Part shown: positions 23,901-35,566 of the stretch, in pieces
Layout: each line of letters starts with the position of its first letter
Position numbering within the stretch: position 1 is the first letter of the stretch
NCBI GenBank assembly: GCA_035084275.1
Contig: CM068746.1
Location: 12,710,001 to 12,774,000 of the forward strand
Length of the DNA stretch: 64,000 nt
Source of the DNA: Hydrolagus colliei
Lineage: Eukaryota
Direction: 5' to 3'
The notes under the pieces: model-generated
Seen by the model: the letters and a program-made list of their open reading frames with translations, nothing else
Databases searched by the model: none
What the model was told of the DNA's origin: nothing
Program-made: the position numbers and the translations under genes

Positions 23901-26900
23901 CCAACTTCCTGACAGGCTTGGTGAGGTGAAGTGTGCATCCGTGGATGCTGATGCTGCCGGCACCTGAGGTGCGGAGGAGCTGGCATGAGTGAATCAGGAT
24001 GGTCTTGGTTTTGCTGATGTTCAGCTGTAGAATGTTTTCTTTCATCCAGGATTTGATGTCTGACAAGGTGGTCTGTCAGTACAGCAGTAGTCCTGGAATT
24101 GAGGGTGGAGGCAGCGAGGTAGAGTTGGGTGTCATCCGCATACATGTGAAAATTTACCGCATGTCTGCGGATGATGCCACCGAGGGGGAGCATGTAGAGG
24201 TACAAGAGGAGGGGAACAAGAGGACAGAGACACGAGAAGGTGAGTTGGCTGGAAAATAAACCATTGATAGAGGCAAAGTGGAGATGGTGCAAGAAGTAGG
24301 ACCTGAACCATTCAAGGACAGAACCTTGAAGGTTGAGGTGAGAGGAGAGGAGGTGAAGGAGGATTAAGTGGTCGAAAGTGTTGACGATGGCAGAGAGATC
24401 GATGAGGATTAGGAGCATTAGTCACAGATGAACAGGATGTAATTTGTGACTTTAACCGGAGCAGTTTCCATGCTGTGAGCAGCAATGAAACCTGATTGAA
24501 GAGGTTCATGGAGGGAGTGGGAGGAGAGGAAAGAGCGAAGCTGCGAAGCAAGAACTCTTTCAAGGACCTTGGAAAGAAAGGGTAGGTTGGAGATGGGCTG
24601 GTAATTGGAGAGCAGGGATGTGTCCAGGGAAAGTTTCTTGAGGATGGGGGTTATTGTGGTTATTGAGGTGGGTGGAAAGGGTACCGGATTAAAGGGAGAG
24701 ATTGATGGTGTCGGAGATTAGGAGGGCGAGGAGATGGAGCTGGGAGGTAAGCAGAAGCGTGGGAATAGGGTCAAGGGAGCAGGTGATGGGCTTCCTGGAG
24801 GATATAGTGTTATGACAGAGGAGGGGAGACAAGTTGGAAAGGAGTTGAAGGAGATGAAGTGGTGATCAGAGATGACCTTGTTGGTGATGACATCCAAGAC
24901 ACCGAGGCCCCGGGTGATCACCTGGTTGAGTGGATGTAGATGGAGAGGTTGAGAAAGAAGGGGAGGGAGGAGACCGAGGAGATAGAGCAAGAGGGGGTGA
25001 AGTGAAAGTTGAGGATGAGGAGGTGATTGGAACAGAGGCAGCGGGAAGAGATATTGGAGATGAAGGTGGGGGAGGTTTTTGCGGGGCGATAAACAGGGAG
25101 AATTTTGAAAGGAAAATTAGAGAGGTGGCAGAGAGAAAGGTGCTCAAATGAGGGGAGTGAGCCAGAAGAGTAGGGGGATAGAGCGAGCGATGTTCTGGAG
25201 ATGATAGTAACACCACTGCCATGGCAGTTGGAGGTGGGTTGATGAGAGGTATAGCCGGGTGTGTGGTCTCAGTGATGGTTTAGGTATCGCCTAGGGTAAT
25301 TCCGGTTTCAGTGAGGGCCACATGTCGGTGTTTTCGTCAAGGATGAGGTTGTGGATGGTCAGAGCCTTGTTGCAGAGGAGGCAGACATTTTGAAGGCCGG
25401 TGCGGAGGGAACGGTTTCCATGGGAACATGAGAAATGAAGGGTTGATGGAGTGGTTCGCAGAGAGGGTGGGGATATGAGTGAGAGAGGACAGGTTAGCCC
25501 CCGGAGTCTGGATCCGGCCGGGCTTGCAGCGGAAGTGGGGCATGGGGCAGCCAGTGTGGCTGATTCTGGACAGCCAATGCTGAGAACCATGGTGAGCCTG
25601 GAGGAGGATTCCCAGACTGGAGCAGAGGGAGGCAGTGGAAGGGTCAAGTGGGGATAGGAGGCGAGGAGGACAGAGAGATAGGAGGACAGAGCGATAGGAG
25701 GACAGAGCAAGAGAGTTGCAGGGAGGGGAGCATTTTGAAGGGGACGGTAGCTCAGGTCGGAGGCAGCAGCCAAAATGCGCAAGCCAAGGCAGCAGTCAGC
25801 CCACAGACCTGAAGGGGCTAGAGGTAGTACAGAGGGGAGAGGGGAGAGGGGGCAGGGCATTCAGTGTGATTATCCACCTGGTTACCCAACCTGGAAGATA
25901 GCACTGAACACCCTGCATGGAGAGTGCAGAAGAAGGGAAGGAGACACAGTGAGCTATACAATACCTGGTACCAGGAATTCAAACCTGGCTGGTGGAACTG
26001 AGGCACAGAGATGTTTGGGCGGGAAAATCTAAAATGGCTCTCCCTGAAGCCGGTAAAAACCAGCACACGTGACCCGTGTCCCCCTCTAGGTACCAGCCAG
26101 CCCGAACCCCAGCCCTGCCTCTAGCTATCTGCCAGTTCAGATCCTGAGAACCCTGCCCTGCCTCTATCTACCTGCTGGTCCCGAACCCCAAAACCCAGCC
26201 TTGCCTCTATTCAACCTGCCGATAGTCCTTAAGGTAGGTTCTGGCTATGTTATTTGCTCTTGTTGAGTTGTGGTGGTTGATTCAGTGGTTTTACCTTTAC
26301 GAGACTTATACGTCCTCCCAGCATCTTGGGACACCCATCTGAGGCTGTTGTTGTTATTGTAAATCGTATAATGGCCTGAGATGTACATCCAGCCGAGCAC
26401 CATTGAGTTTTCTATCAAAACTACTTCATTTCATTGCACTAGTCAAATTAATCATCTCCTAACTCATAAATGGTCCCCTATCCTCCATTACTCTGCTAGC
26501 CTCCATTACTCCTGCACTTACCGTCTGCAGTGTAGATTAATGATTAAATCAGTTGGATACAATTTATACAAGTTTGCCTGCCACGCGGACATTGCGTAAG
26601 TCATATTAAATGCTATGTTCCCGACTGATACAATTATGAGAGTTTTTCTGTATTTAATTGCAAATAAAGCCCCTGACCTTATGCTCCCGCCCAACCACAC
26701 TTGTCTAACCTTATATAGTGTATGCACATGCTGCATCCCACAGCATTGAATGGATAACATCAACATCAACAGCAACAAAATTACATTTCTAGAGCGCCTT
26801 TTACGTTGGAAGAACGTCCCAAGGCCCTGAACAGTCAGGTCGGGACCCGAGCAAGCGGTGGGGGGGCAGGCTAGGGGAGAGGGGAGGGAGAGAGTTGGGA

Positions 26901-29900
26901 GGGGCAGGAGAGATTTAGGAGGGGACAGAGATGGGAGTGCAGCAAAAGGCATGATTGAACAAGAAGGTCTTGAGACCGGCCTTGAAGGAGGTGAGGGAGG
27001 GAGCGAGGCGAAGGGACTGTGGGATGGAGTTCCAGAGTGTGAGGGCAGAGAGGCTGAAAGCCCATTCACTGATGATAGGACGGGTCGGGCGGGGTACACC
27101 TGGCAATAATGCATTAAGTTAGCAAACATTATACATTTTAAAGGCATTCAAAGGGAGGAGCAGAAGCCTAGGGCAGTAATAATTGAGGCAGAAACCAAGG
27201 TGAAGGTGGAAAGCAACAATTGCATTTGATGATACTCGGTGCACAATTCTACAGTAACACAGTCCCAAATCCAAACTGCAGCAACCAGGCAAGTTTAGTT
27301 TGGTTTTCTATTCCTGGGGGAAAACGGGCATCTTTTATTATAATTAGTTGCAGATATTGTCCTGGAATTAATACAGCAATCACTAATCTCAGCTCATTAC
27401 CTGCCATGGTTATGATGCTCATCAAAGTCACTTCTGGAAAAACAAAATACAATATACAAATCAATTAGTGGCGGTTTGTTTTGGTGAACAAACAAGTGAG
27501 GGCAAGTGATATTAGATTGAGTTTGTGCGCAATTGGCTGCCGTGTTTCACCCACAAAATATCCAGTCAATTCACTTTACAGTGTATTCTGTGAAGTGCTT
27601 TAAGAGTCTCGAAGACGTATAATGCGCTATATCAACTGCATTAGTTATTTAGAACTTCCCCAAATGAAATGATTGTGTATGTGTGGTGGGGGTGGGGAGA
27701 GAGAGCAAGGGAATCCAAAAATAGTAGAGATCTCTAAGGGGGGAGCCAGCAGCATAGATATGATGGGCTAATTTCTGCGCTGAAATTTCTATGAAAGTCA
27801 GAGACATAATCAAATAACAATAGCAACTGAGATCAAAATCGAGAAGAATATGGAAAGCAGTAGGAATTGCGGCTGATTTTCTCCTCTTTTCCCAAACCAG
27901 ACTAACTGTAGACCAGAATGGATAACTCAGCATAGACCAATACTGAAATCTAAAAGAGAGGGCAAGTTTGATGGATTGGGGAGAGTTTAAAAGATTCAGG
28001 GCGTAGTGGCTGAAAGTGCAGCTGCTGATGGAGGAGGCAGCAGATGGGGGGAATCTGCGATAGTGTGGTGGTGTGACAAAGTTTAGGGTGGGTGATCGAG
28101 TACTTGTTGATCATATTCAAACTTACTCTCAGGATCCAAATAAAGCTGCTTTTTCATTATTGATTTTCTGAAGACAATCCCCATCCCGATCCCAAACACC
28201 ATAATGGCACCAAATGCTGCAGCAATTCCCAATCTAGTTCTTCTGATATGTAACGCTGAAATCCGATCTTCAGGGTTGTTGATTTCATTGACTTGTGAAG
28301 TATCTGTATTTGGAAGTTTGAATTAACTATAAATCAATGACAGCACGTTTTCTTCCTAAAAGCAGTACCTTGCTTTCCACAATGCAGGTTGTATAAATCA
28401 ATAATCAGCTGAGGAAACGTGTATCTTTTGTAGCATCAAAAGTTTACTTGCACAAGCCTTTTCAACATTCTGTGTTAGAGAGGGCCTCAGATGTGCGAAG
28501 CAGTTGTTTGCAGTTAATTTGTGAGGCTGTTGGCTCCAGGAATGTCAGAAATTACCTGAAAAACCAGCACCTGGCAACACTTAATATTAAGTTCATTTAG
28601 GCTGAAGTCTGTACTTCCACTGTTTTCCGGAGTGGCCGGATAGTGTCTGGACCTGTGTGGGTCCAGAGATGCCTTGCCATTACTATAAAAACAATTAATT
28701 ATTAATTGAACAAGATCACAGGAGAGGTTCATGTGAAGAAAGCGCTTCAAACCATTTGACCTCAGCTTTGTGGAGTCCTGTAGCTCAGTGGTTAGAGTAC
28801 TTGCCTTGCAAGCGAAATATCTAGTTTCAATTTCAGTCAGGGCAAAACCTTGGGCAAGTTTCCTTCCTCTACAGGCCTGATAATAATAACCCCTCAAAAA
28901 AGAAACTACTGTAATTTGGTCACTTCATCCACAATTGTTTGTGGGCTGCTGCTGCATTTCGCCCATAAATATAGTCAATTCAGTTTACAGGATATTCTGT
29001 GAAGTGCTTTGAGACGTCTAGAAGATATGAAAAGTGCTATATCAAATGCAAGGATTATTATTACAGTATTATTAAACTTCCTGACTTGTGATTGCACAGA
29101 TGTGGTGACTACGTGACATGCACTGTGGTACAATTGCTAAATGTCTGGTTTTGTCATACAGAAATATTGACACTGACTTCCTGTGCTGCATCCTGCTGAC
29201 TTACAAGCCACAGAAACCAGAACAGAATCTCTCCAGCATCTGACTTGGGGAGAGCTTGATGCGAATGCAATCTTGGGAGACAAGGCCAACAGTCTTATGG
29301 AATGCTAGCCTGTGGTTTATCTTGATAGCTTGAGAGGGGTCCACTCAATGTGACCTAATGCTTGTGTTTGTTACAGAGAAGCAGAGTATTTGGTTCTGCC
29401 CAACACAGCCCTGTGACTCTGGGTATAATGGGACTAACAATGATTCAATAGCTAACTATATATATATTTATATATATATATTTATAAAACTGTGTATATA
29501 TATGTACACATATATAAATCTCGTAATGTCATAACCAATAGCCCTCCAGCTAACTTAGTCAATCATCTCATGACTGTGTAGGATCATACTGTGCACAAAA
29601 TGGCTGCCACAATTCCCCACAGAAATTACTACACATGACAGTCATTACTGTGACGCACTTAGTGACATATTAGCATGATAGACATAAATTGTTTAAGATA
29701 CTTCTATAAATTGCAAGTTTGTCTTCCAACTAGCCTTGTTTGTAAGGATATGTGTCCTCTCTGACTTGCATGTGTTATGTCTGTATTACGGAGATAATTC
29801 TGTCTTGGGTATTTTACTGCTAATGTACTGGTTCTCTGAAATGGTCACTCTGTACAGTGTGATTCACACATGTGCATCTACATACTACCCACTTATCTTA

Positions 29901-32527
29901 CATCTCATATTTCTTGAATTATTCGCAGAATGTGTTCTGATGTGTTGGACTGGAATTATATTTGTATAGCGTCTTCAAATTTTATCTGTTCTTCCTCAAT
30001 TCTCTACTTCCTCATTTACAGCTGTAATGTGGTAATATTCCACCTCAGTCTAGGTTTAATTTATTGACAAAACTTCTCAGAGTATCTAGAATTGATTAAT
30101 TCAGTCTTAACTTTGGTGCTTTTTCTCGTAGTTCTTAAAAACCCTTTCTATTGTATGACACAACCTTCCTCCCTGTCACATGGAGCAAAAATTCGCATTC
30201 TTGCAAATAACTCACTGGAAACCTACAAAAGGGAATATACCCACTGATTATGTAGGTGCACAAACTACAGCAAATGGCAGACATCTACTCCCAACCCACA
30301 CCGACCCCACCAAAAAAATCAGAATTTTTCAGAGCCTTTTAGTGTTTGCTCCTCTTGACCAGCTCTAGATCCCCAGCCCACCCCACCATCGAGGGTTGGG
30401 CCTTCAGCCTATCTGCTGCCACTCTTTGAAACTCCCTCCCATGGTCCATTTGCCTCGCTCACTCGCTTGATTCCTTGAAGGTTCGTCTCAATACCCTCCT
30501 ATTACTGTTTTTGCTACAAGAATTCTAAATACCTACCAAGTACTTTGAGTTCTACCACAATTTGGACATGATCATAATCATCATGTTGAATGACGTAACA
30601 TGTGTATTTCCCATTATCTGATAAAATCAGCGTCTTCAGCTGAAGAGAAGCATTTCCATTTAGCATAACGCTGGGGAGTAGCTGTGTTCTTCCTCTGAAT
30701 AACTGGTTCTGATACTCTGGATGGTCAACATTATTGTAGAAACTGTGAACAACTGTATCGTCCTCTGTCCTCTGCCAGGTGATGACCAGTTTCTCAGGTT
30801 CGAGATAGGATTCTGGTGTAAAGAGACAGGGTAGCAACACATCTCTGCCGACGACTCCAGATATCATATACAAAGACACCTCCCCTAAAAGAGTTACAAG
30901 TTGATATAGTTAATTACAAAGCTAGAATCATATTTAGTTTACAGCAGTGAAAGATGACATCCACCCACCATGTTTTTGCTCTCCATTGAAGCTGTATTGT
31001 AATAGATGCATAGGAGTAGGAGGAAGCCATTCAGCCCCTCAAGGCCTGTTTCATCATTCTATATGATCATGGCTGATCTGTACCTCAACTCCAATTAACC
31101 CGCTTTTGACCCATATTTCTTGATACCCTTACCTAACAAATATCTATCCACCTCAGTCTTGAGGATGTGAATGGATCCAGCCATAATCAACAACCTTTTG
31201 AGGGAGGAAGAGTTCCAGATTCCCACTAACCTTTGGGTGAAAAATTGCCCAAGAGGAAATCCCATTAATTATTAAGAAATACTGCTATTTAATTACCAAG
31301 TATATTTAAATAGATGTATACTTGGTGTATATTGTTGTAGTTTGGGATTGATATTACAGCAATACAGCTATTCCTACTATACATCATAGCTTAATTACTT
31401 TTACATTCTGGAAAGCACTTTGAGATGACTCAACAACATGTTAAGGCGCTCTATCAAATGCAAGGATTACTATTATTGGTGTTTACTTCCGTATCACGGT
31501 GAATGAAACATTAGTTCCTAATCATGGAACCTAGAATTCCCATAATCACTGGATACTCAGCCGTTAAAGTATTAACTTGCAATTATCAAAACAGAAGGTA
31601 TTTTTCAGATTTGTAACCCCTTATAGAACTGTACTGCAGGGAAATAGGCTGTTTGGCCAAATTAATCCATGCCGATGTACATTCTATATCAATCTCTCAC
31701 TACTCCTTATCCCCTGGCACACCCTTCTGTTCCTTTCTCCCTTATGTGTGTATCTAGCTTCCTCTTCAATGCATTTGTACCATCTGCTTCTACCACTGTT
31801 CATAACTACCATAGTTATACATCTATGCTTCTGTGACTTTTTTTAAAAAGTTGCCATTTTTATTAATCTCACTTTCCCCATATTCCTTAAAATTTACTCC
31901 ACTTACCCCATTCCATAGAATCCATGATTCTATCGGGTTGGCCTGAATAGCTTGTAACTAATCTCACACCCCAAAATCTCTCTCGGTGAAGAAATTCCTT
32001 GTAACTTCTCCCCTGATTTCTCTGTTAACAATCCTGAGACTGTAATCACTAGTCAGTGATTCTTCAACTAAAGGAAATATTTTTCCTATTTATTTTGTCT
32101 TGTTTCATAATTTTAAACAACTCTATTAAATCCTCTCTCAACCTCCTCTGGTCCAATGAGAAAGCTTCAGTTTAATGAGCCTCTCATTATACGTATAGTG
32201 TTCCATATGATCCTGTAAATCTATGCCGCATCCTACACGTCTTCATAATATTCTTCCTGGGATGCTTAAAACTGAACTTGGAGCTTGTAAATACATATGC
32301 TCACCATTCTATGGACAAAACTACATGGAAAATGTTGATTAATGTACTGTTTGGATGGATTTTACTGGTGAAGCATTGATAACAATTATTAACAGTGACA
32401 TGTCTCTGGCTTGCCAGGATATGGCCAGTCAATTAAATAAATAGAAATGGGATATCACACAGACAGACCCACAGTATTAAGGAGCACACTCACCAAACAA
32501 AGGGAACATCAATACTGTGAGTAACAT
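17616..32527 (-). CDS. Predicted type I membrane Ig-NLR receptor: signal peptide - B7-type IgV - TM - NACHT - LRR - helical tail (~961 aa)
   Basis: Exons 32527-32494, 30884-30537, 28303-28127, [optional 27433-27401], 23309-21563, 21086-21000, 19423-19256, 17940-17616. All junctions are GT-AG with matching phases (1,1,1,2,2,2); 2886 nt = 962 codons including the stop. The TM-to-NACHT junction is inferred. Confidence 0.72.
18183..18880 (+). mobile_element. TcMar-Tigger/pogo-like MITE in the last intron of the NLR gene
   Basis: TA-flanked TIRs cagtaaaagcctgtttatcc / ggataaacgggcttctactg. Retains the transposase start MASSAASTSKGEKRKRVVLTI and an internal inverted repeat (~18388-18430 vs ~18604-18645). 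Confidence 0.85.
19256..19423 (-). CDS. LRR exon (two 28-aa RI-type repeats)
   Basis: 168 nt, phase 2-2: IGTNNLQSSGAQIILKALKINQSLKILYLYDNGITDEVLETMPACLKHNKTLEIL. Confidence 0.92.
21000..21086 (-). CDS. LRR exon (one 29-aa repeat)
   Basis: 87 nt, ttttacag acceptor, gtaagt donor, phase 2-2: VSSNKLSVKSARIISNILQESSCPLEKL. Confidence 0.9.
21563..23309 (-). CDS. NACHT exon (NLRC3/NLRP-like): pre-NACHT helix, NBD, HD1, WHD, HD2, first LRRs
   Basis: Walker A GDAGVGKS, Walker B LIILDGLDEF, sensor-1 LVTSR, WHD FEFYH, LNLIHCLFEL. Strong acceptor ttctttcctcttcag in phase 1; the frame is open upstream of the listed Met; donor gtaagt in phase 2. Confidence 0.95.
23603..26240 (-). mobile_element. Long degenerate L2 LINE in the intron before the NACHT exon
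   Basis: Endonuclease-like (LQNVCLLCNKALTIHNLILDEN) and RT ([11 protein letters not shown]) fragments, (TTG)n 3' tail, tandem repeats at ~26090-26220. Confidence 0.9.
28127..28303 (-). CDS. Stalk + transmembrane + juxtamembrane exon
   Basis: ccaaatacag acceptor, gtaagt donor, 177 nt, phase 1-1: DTSQVNEINNPEDRISALHIRRTR-LGIAAAFGAIMVFGIGMGIVF-RKSIMKKQLYLDPE. Not present in the supplied ORF track. Confidence 0.88.
30537..30884 (-). CDS. IgV exon of B7/butyrophilin type (HHLA2/CD276-like)
   Basis: 348 nt, phase 1-1: DVLLPCLF...VITWQR...VVHSFY...FRGRTQL...GNASLQL...SDNGKYTCYV; both canonical Cys and the Trp are present. Confidence 0.93.
32494..32527 (-). CDS. Leader exon (signal peptide)
   Basis: Exon 32562-32494 with ttttctacag acceptor and gtgagt donor. 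ATG at 32527 gives MLLTVLMFPLF+G in phase 1, continuing GEVSLYMISG. Confidence 0.78.
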
Positions 32528-33025
32528 TTTGTTTAAAGGAAATTCCTTCTTTCTTGGGAGTTCTGTAGAAAAGAGGATGAAAAGGGGTTACTAGTATACA
32601 ATGGCTAAATCTGATTTTCATCAAAGAAAATTATGAATATGATGCAGTCAGTGAGTGTGGAATCACACAGCAGTTCTGAAACATACTTGCAGGATGAGCT
32701 GAAGAATCTGAAACAGTAAATCATTACCAATAAATGATGATGGGGATATAAATCTTGATCTGGTCTTGAATTTTTTGATGCAAGGATTATTAATACTATA
32801 TTCACACTATGTTTTGTAGTAACTTAGGTCTAGCAGCCAATCAATGTTTTGAAGAAAGCAATGTTTCACACAAACCTTGTAACAGGAAACCAATGTCAGT
32901 TGAACTTTCTGATACAAACTACCCACAATAACTATCAGCTCTTTGTCTAAACCCACAGTTTGTTTACAACTAGTAGACTGTATGGTGGGCACTCACATTA
33001 GCTGTTGAACACCCTCACATGTATA

Positions 33026-35566
33026 CAGGGCCGTACGCAGGATTTTTTTTGTGGGGGGTGCGAATTGCTAGTGATGGGACCAACAATGGCCGGCGGCTTG
33101 GGGGCTGCCCCCGAGACCCCCTCGAGGCTCCGACGTTTTACACAGTTTGAGGTCTTATTTAATCGGTTCAGAATATCCAATATGAACGGTAAATGTTTCA
33201 TGCCCTTGGTGTTTAAGAGCATCATTATTTATTCAGTGTTTATATTTTCCCCGGTAGTCCGTGTCTAATTGGGAAGGTCGAATGTGTTCGCCGATAAAAG
33301 CCAACACGATTGTTGACTCGATGATGTAAGGAATGCGAACGATAAAGTAAATTACAATCCAATTAACACAGTACAATGACGAATGCTTGATAAATGTATG
33401 CGTATAAAGAAAATGATCATAAACTACAGATTGACGGTAATTAATAAGTTGTTCTGCATTGTTATCCTAAGACTAAATTTCTTTCGGACTGTAATGAACA
33501 ATAATGTAAGAGTAAAGTATGAATTATGTGCTCAGATATTCCAGCAAAGCAAATTTTATAAAAGACAAGAAAATATACAGAAACTGAAAATCAGTGTCAA
33601 ACAGTTAATTCACACGTGTTACAAGCCTGTTATCAGCATTATCCTGAAAATATCGTTGAACTGTGAGCAATAGTGTAGTTAGTTTTTATTTATTTATTTA
33701 GAATCAAAATTAAAGGAAGTGACCCATCAAGCAATACTGATCTGACGAAAAAATACTTGAAAAAATGAGGGAGGGGAAATTAAGTCTTTAATAGCGTTCC
33801 GTATTCGAGACGCCTCGGTCGCTTTGAAGCCAATACATCAACCGCTCTACCAATATCGATTTCCATATTATAATGAATGTGCATTAACGCGAGGGCTGAA
33901 AGTCGCTCCTATACGGAGCAGAATGCTGGACATTTAGGCAAACCCAGGAGATTAGGTGACTCGTGAGGTATATACCAGGCTTCTAAGAGACGCCCTGAAC
34001 GTTTACTGGCGACAGCATCTGACAAATAGTGAGCTATATGGTACACTACCATAACTGGTATCACAGACATTACCGCAGAGGCGTCTTAGGTTTAGTGGAC
34101 ATAGCTGGAGAAGCCGGGAGGAAACTGTCCATAGTGCTACTATCCTATGGGAACCATTGCACGGTCACAGAACACGAGGTAGACCGACCCTAACCTACCT
34201 CGCTACATGAAATGCACGGATTATATTATTATTCAAAGAGAGAAAGAGTGACTTTCAGAGGAGTCACGTTGAAGAGATTTGTGTAGGAAGAGCTGTTGCT
34301 TTGCAGACTCGACTGCACCTGTCCTTTATATCCCGCTGGTGTGAGGCAGCAGTTCTGGGGACCTCAACTCTAACAGGTGCAGGTTAACAATCCTTTAAGT
34401 TATAGCCAATTACGTGACACTGCCCACAAACCCTGAAAATAAATCTCAGTTGTCAATCAGTCAGATATGCAACCTCGACCTTGGGAATGTCTTCAGATTC
34501 AGAGGCACTGAGTAGGAGGGAAAGAAAGTTTCCCACAGGTGATAGAAGACAGCAGCATCACCTGGCGAGTCGCCTGGCACAGTGAATAGCACTCTGGCCT
34601 CTGAGTCAGAAAGTTGTGGGTTCAAACCCCACGTCGGCACTCGGTATCACACAGAGGAAGCTGACACTTCAATGTGGTGCTGTGTGTGTGGGGGGGGGGG
34701 GGGGGGGGGGGGGTTAGAGGCTGTTCTTTTGGTTGAGATGCTGAACCGAGGTCTGATCCGTCTGTTTAGATGGATGTGAAAAGATCCTCTGACGCTACTC
34801 GAAAAGCGGAGGGAAGTCTCCCTCCTGTTGTCCTGGCCAACAAACGCCCCCAAATAAAATCGGTGACTCACTCCATCGGTGTTTGTGGGACAATCCTGGG
34901 CAAAAACTGGCCACTTTACAGTAGGTTCTGTGAAGCCTCTGAGCTGTCTGACAATGTACTAAGGCACTATTATCAATTGCTAACATTACCAGATTAAAAT
35001 ACGATTTCAGCTTCCACAAAGTGGTGCTACCTTTTTATGTAGTGACTGTATACGGGATGATTTCCGATTGACACACCACGTGGAATAGGTGCTAAAGCAT
35101 AGGCCTATGTCCATGAGTATCTTTTTTAAAGATAGGCATTCCCGTCCAGACACATATAACTTTTTTGTTGGGTTCTCAAAAGCTTTAATTTCTCAGAATC
35201 TTGTAAATATGTTGTCATTGTTTGCTAGCATTACAGTCACACCTCTCAAAACTTGAGCAATTTTTACTTACGGTGATCAGATGAAAAGATGATTTTAACT
35301 CCAGAATTGGTGCTGTCCCTTGTGGCTGTTTACGGGATGATTTCCAAACGAGGATTTGAGTCTTGGCGCTTATGTTTATCCAATCACGAGTCACAGACTC
35401 GCCGCGTCATGGACTGGTCTATCGACGCGGTATGTTTTGGAGTAGACGCCGATTCTGGTGCGCGACTCGATAATTTTATATTAATACTAAATCATTCAAA
35501 GATGTGAGTTTATAATTTGGGGGGGTGCGTACGCACCCGTCGCACCCCCCCCTGCGTACGGCCTTG
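33026..35566. mobile_element. TIR-bounded interval, hAT-Tip100-like ends (one element or two half-elements)
   Basis: cagggccgtacgcagg / cctgcgtacggccttg (1 mismatch). Only GTATA is shared on both flanks, so there is no clean 8-bp TSD. CpG-retaining internal sequence at both ends. Confidence 0.6.
34199..34330 (-). promoter_or_regulatory. Candidate TATA box and non-coding first exon of the Ig-NLR gene
   Basis: Minus-strand TATAAAG at 34330-34324, a pyrimidine-rich leader, and GAG|gtaggt donor at 34199/34198. The leader exon downstream has an acceptor, so an upstream exon is needed. Confidence 0.4.

Noticed and set aside
26090-26220. CRISPR-like repeat array (also 15296-15365, 43480-43570)
   Set aside because: Eukaryotic context, degenerate units inside transposons or introns, no unique spacers and no cas genes.
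26518-26640. Alternative 5' coding exon for the NACHT gene (strong GTAAGT donor at ~26520)
   Set aside because: The frame needed for a phase-1 join has a TAA eight codons upstream; a non-coding exon cannot be excluded.
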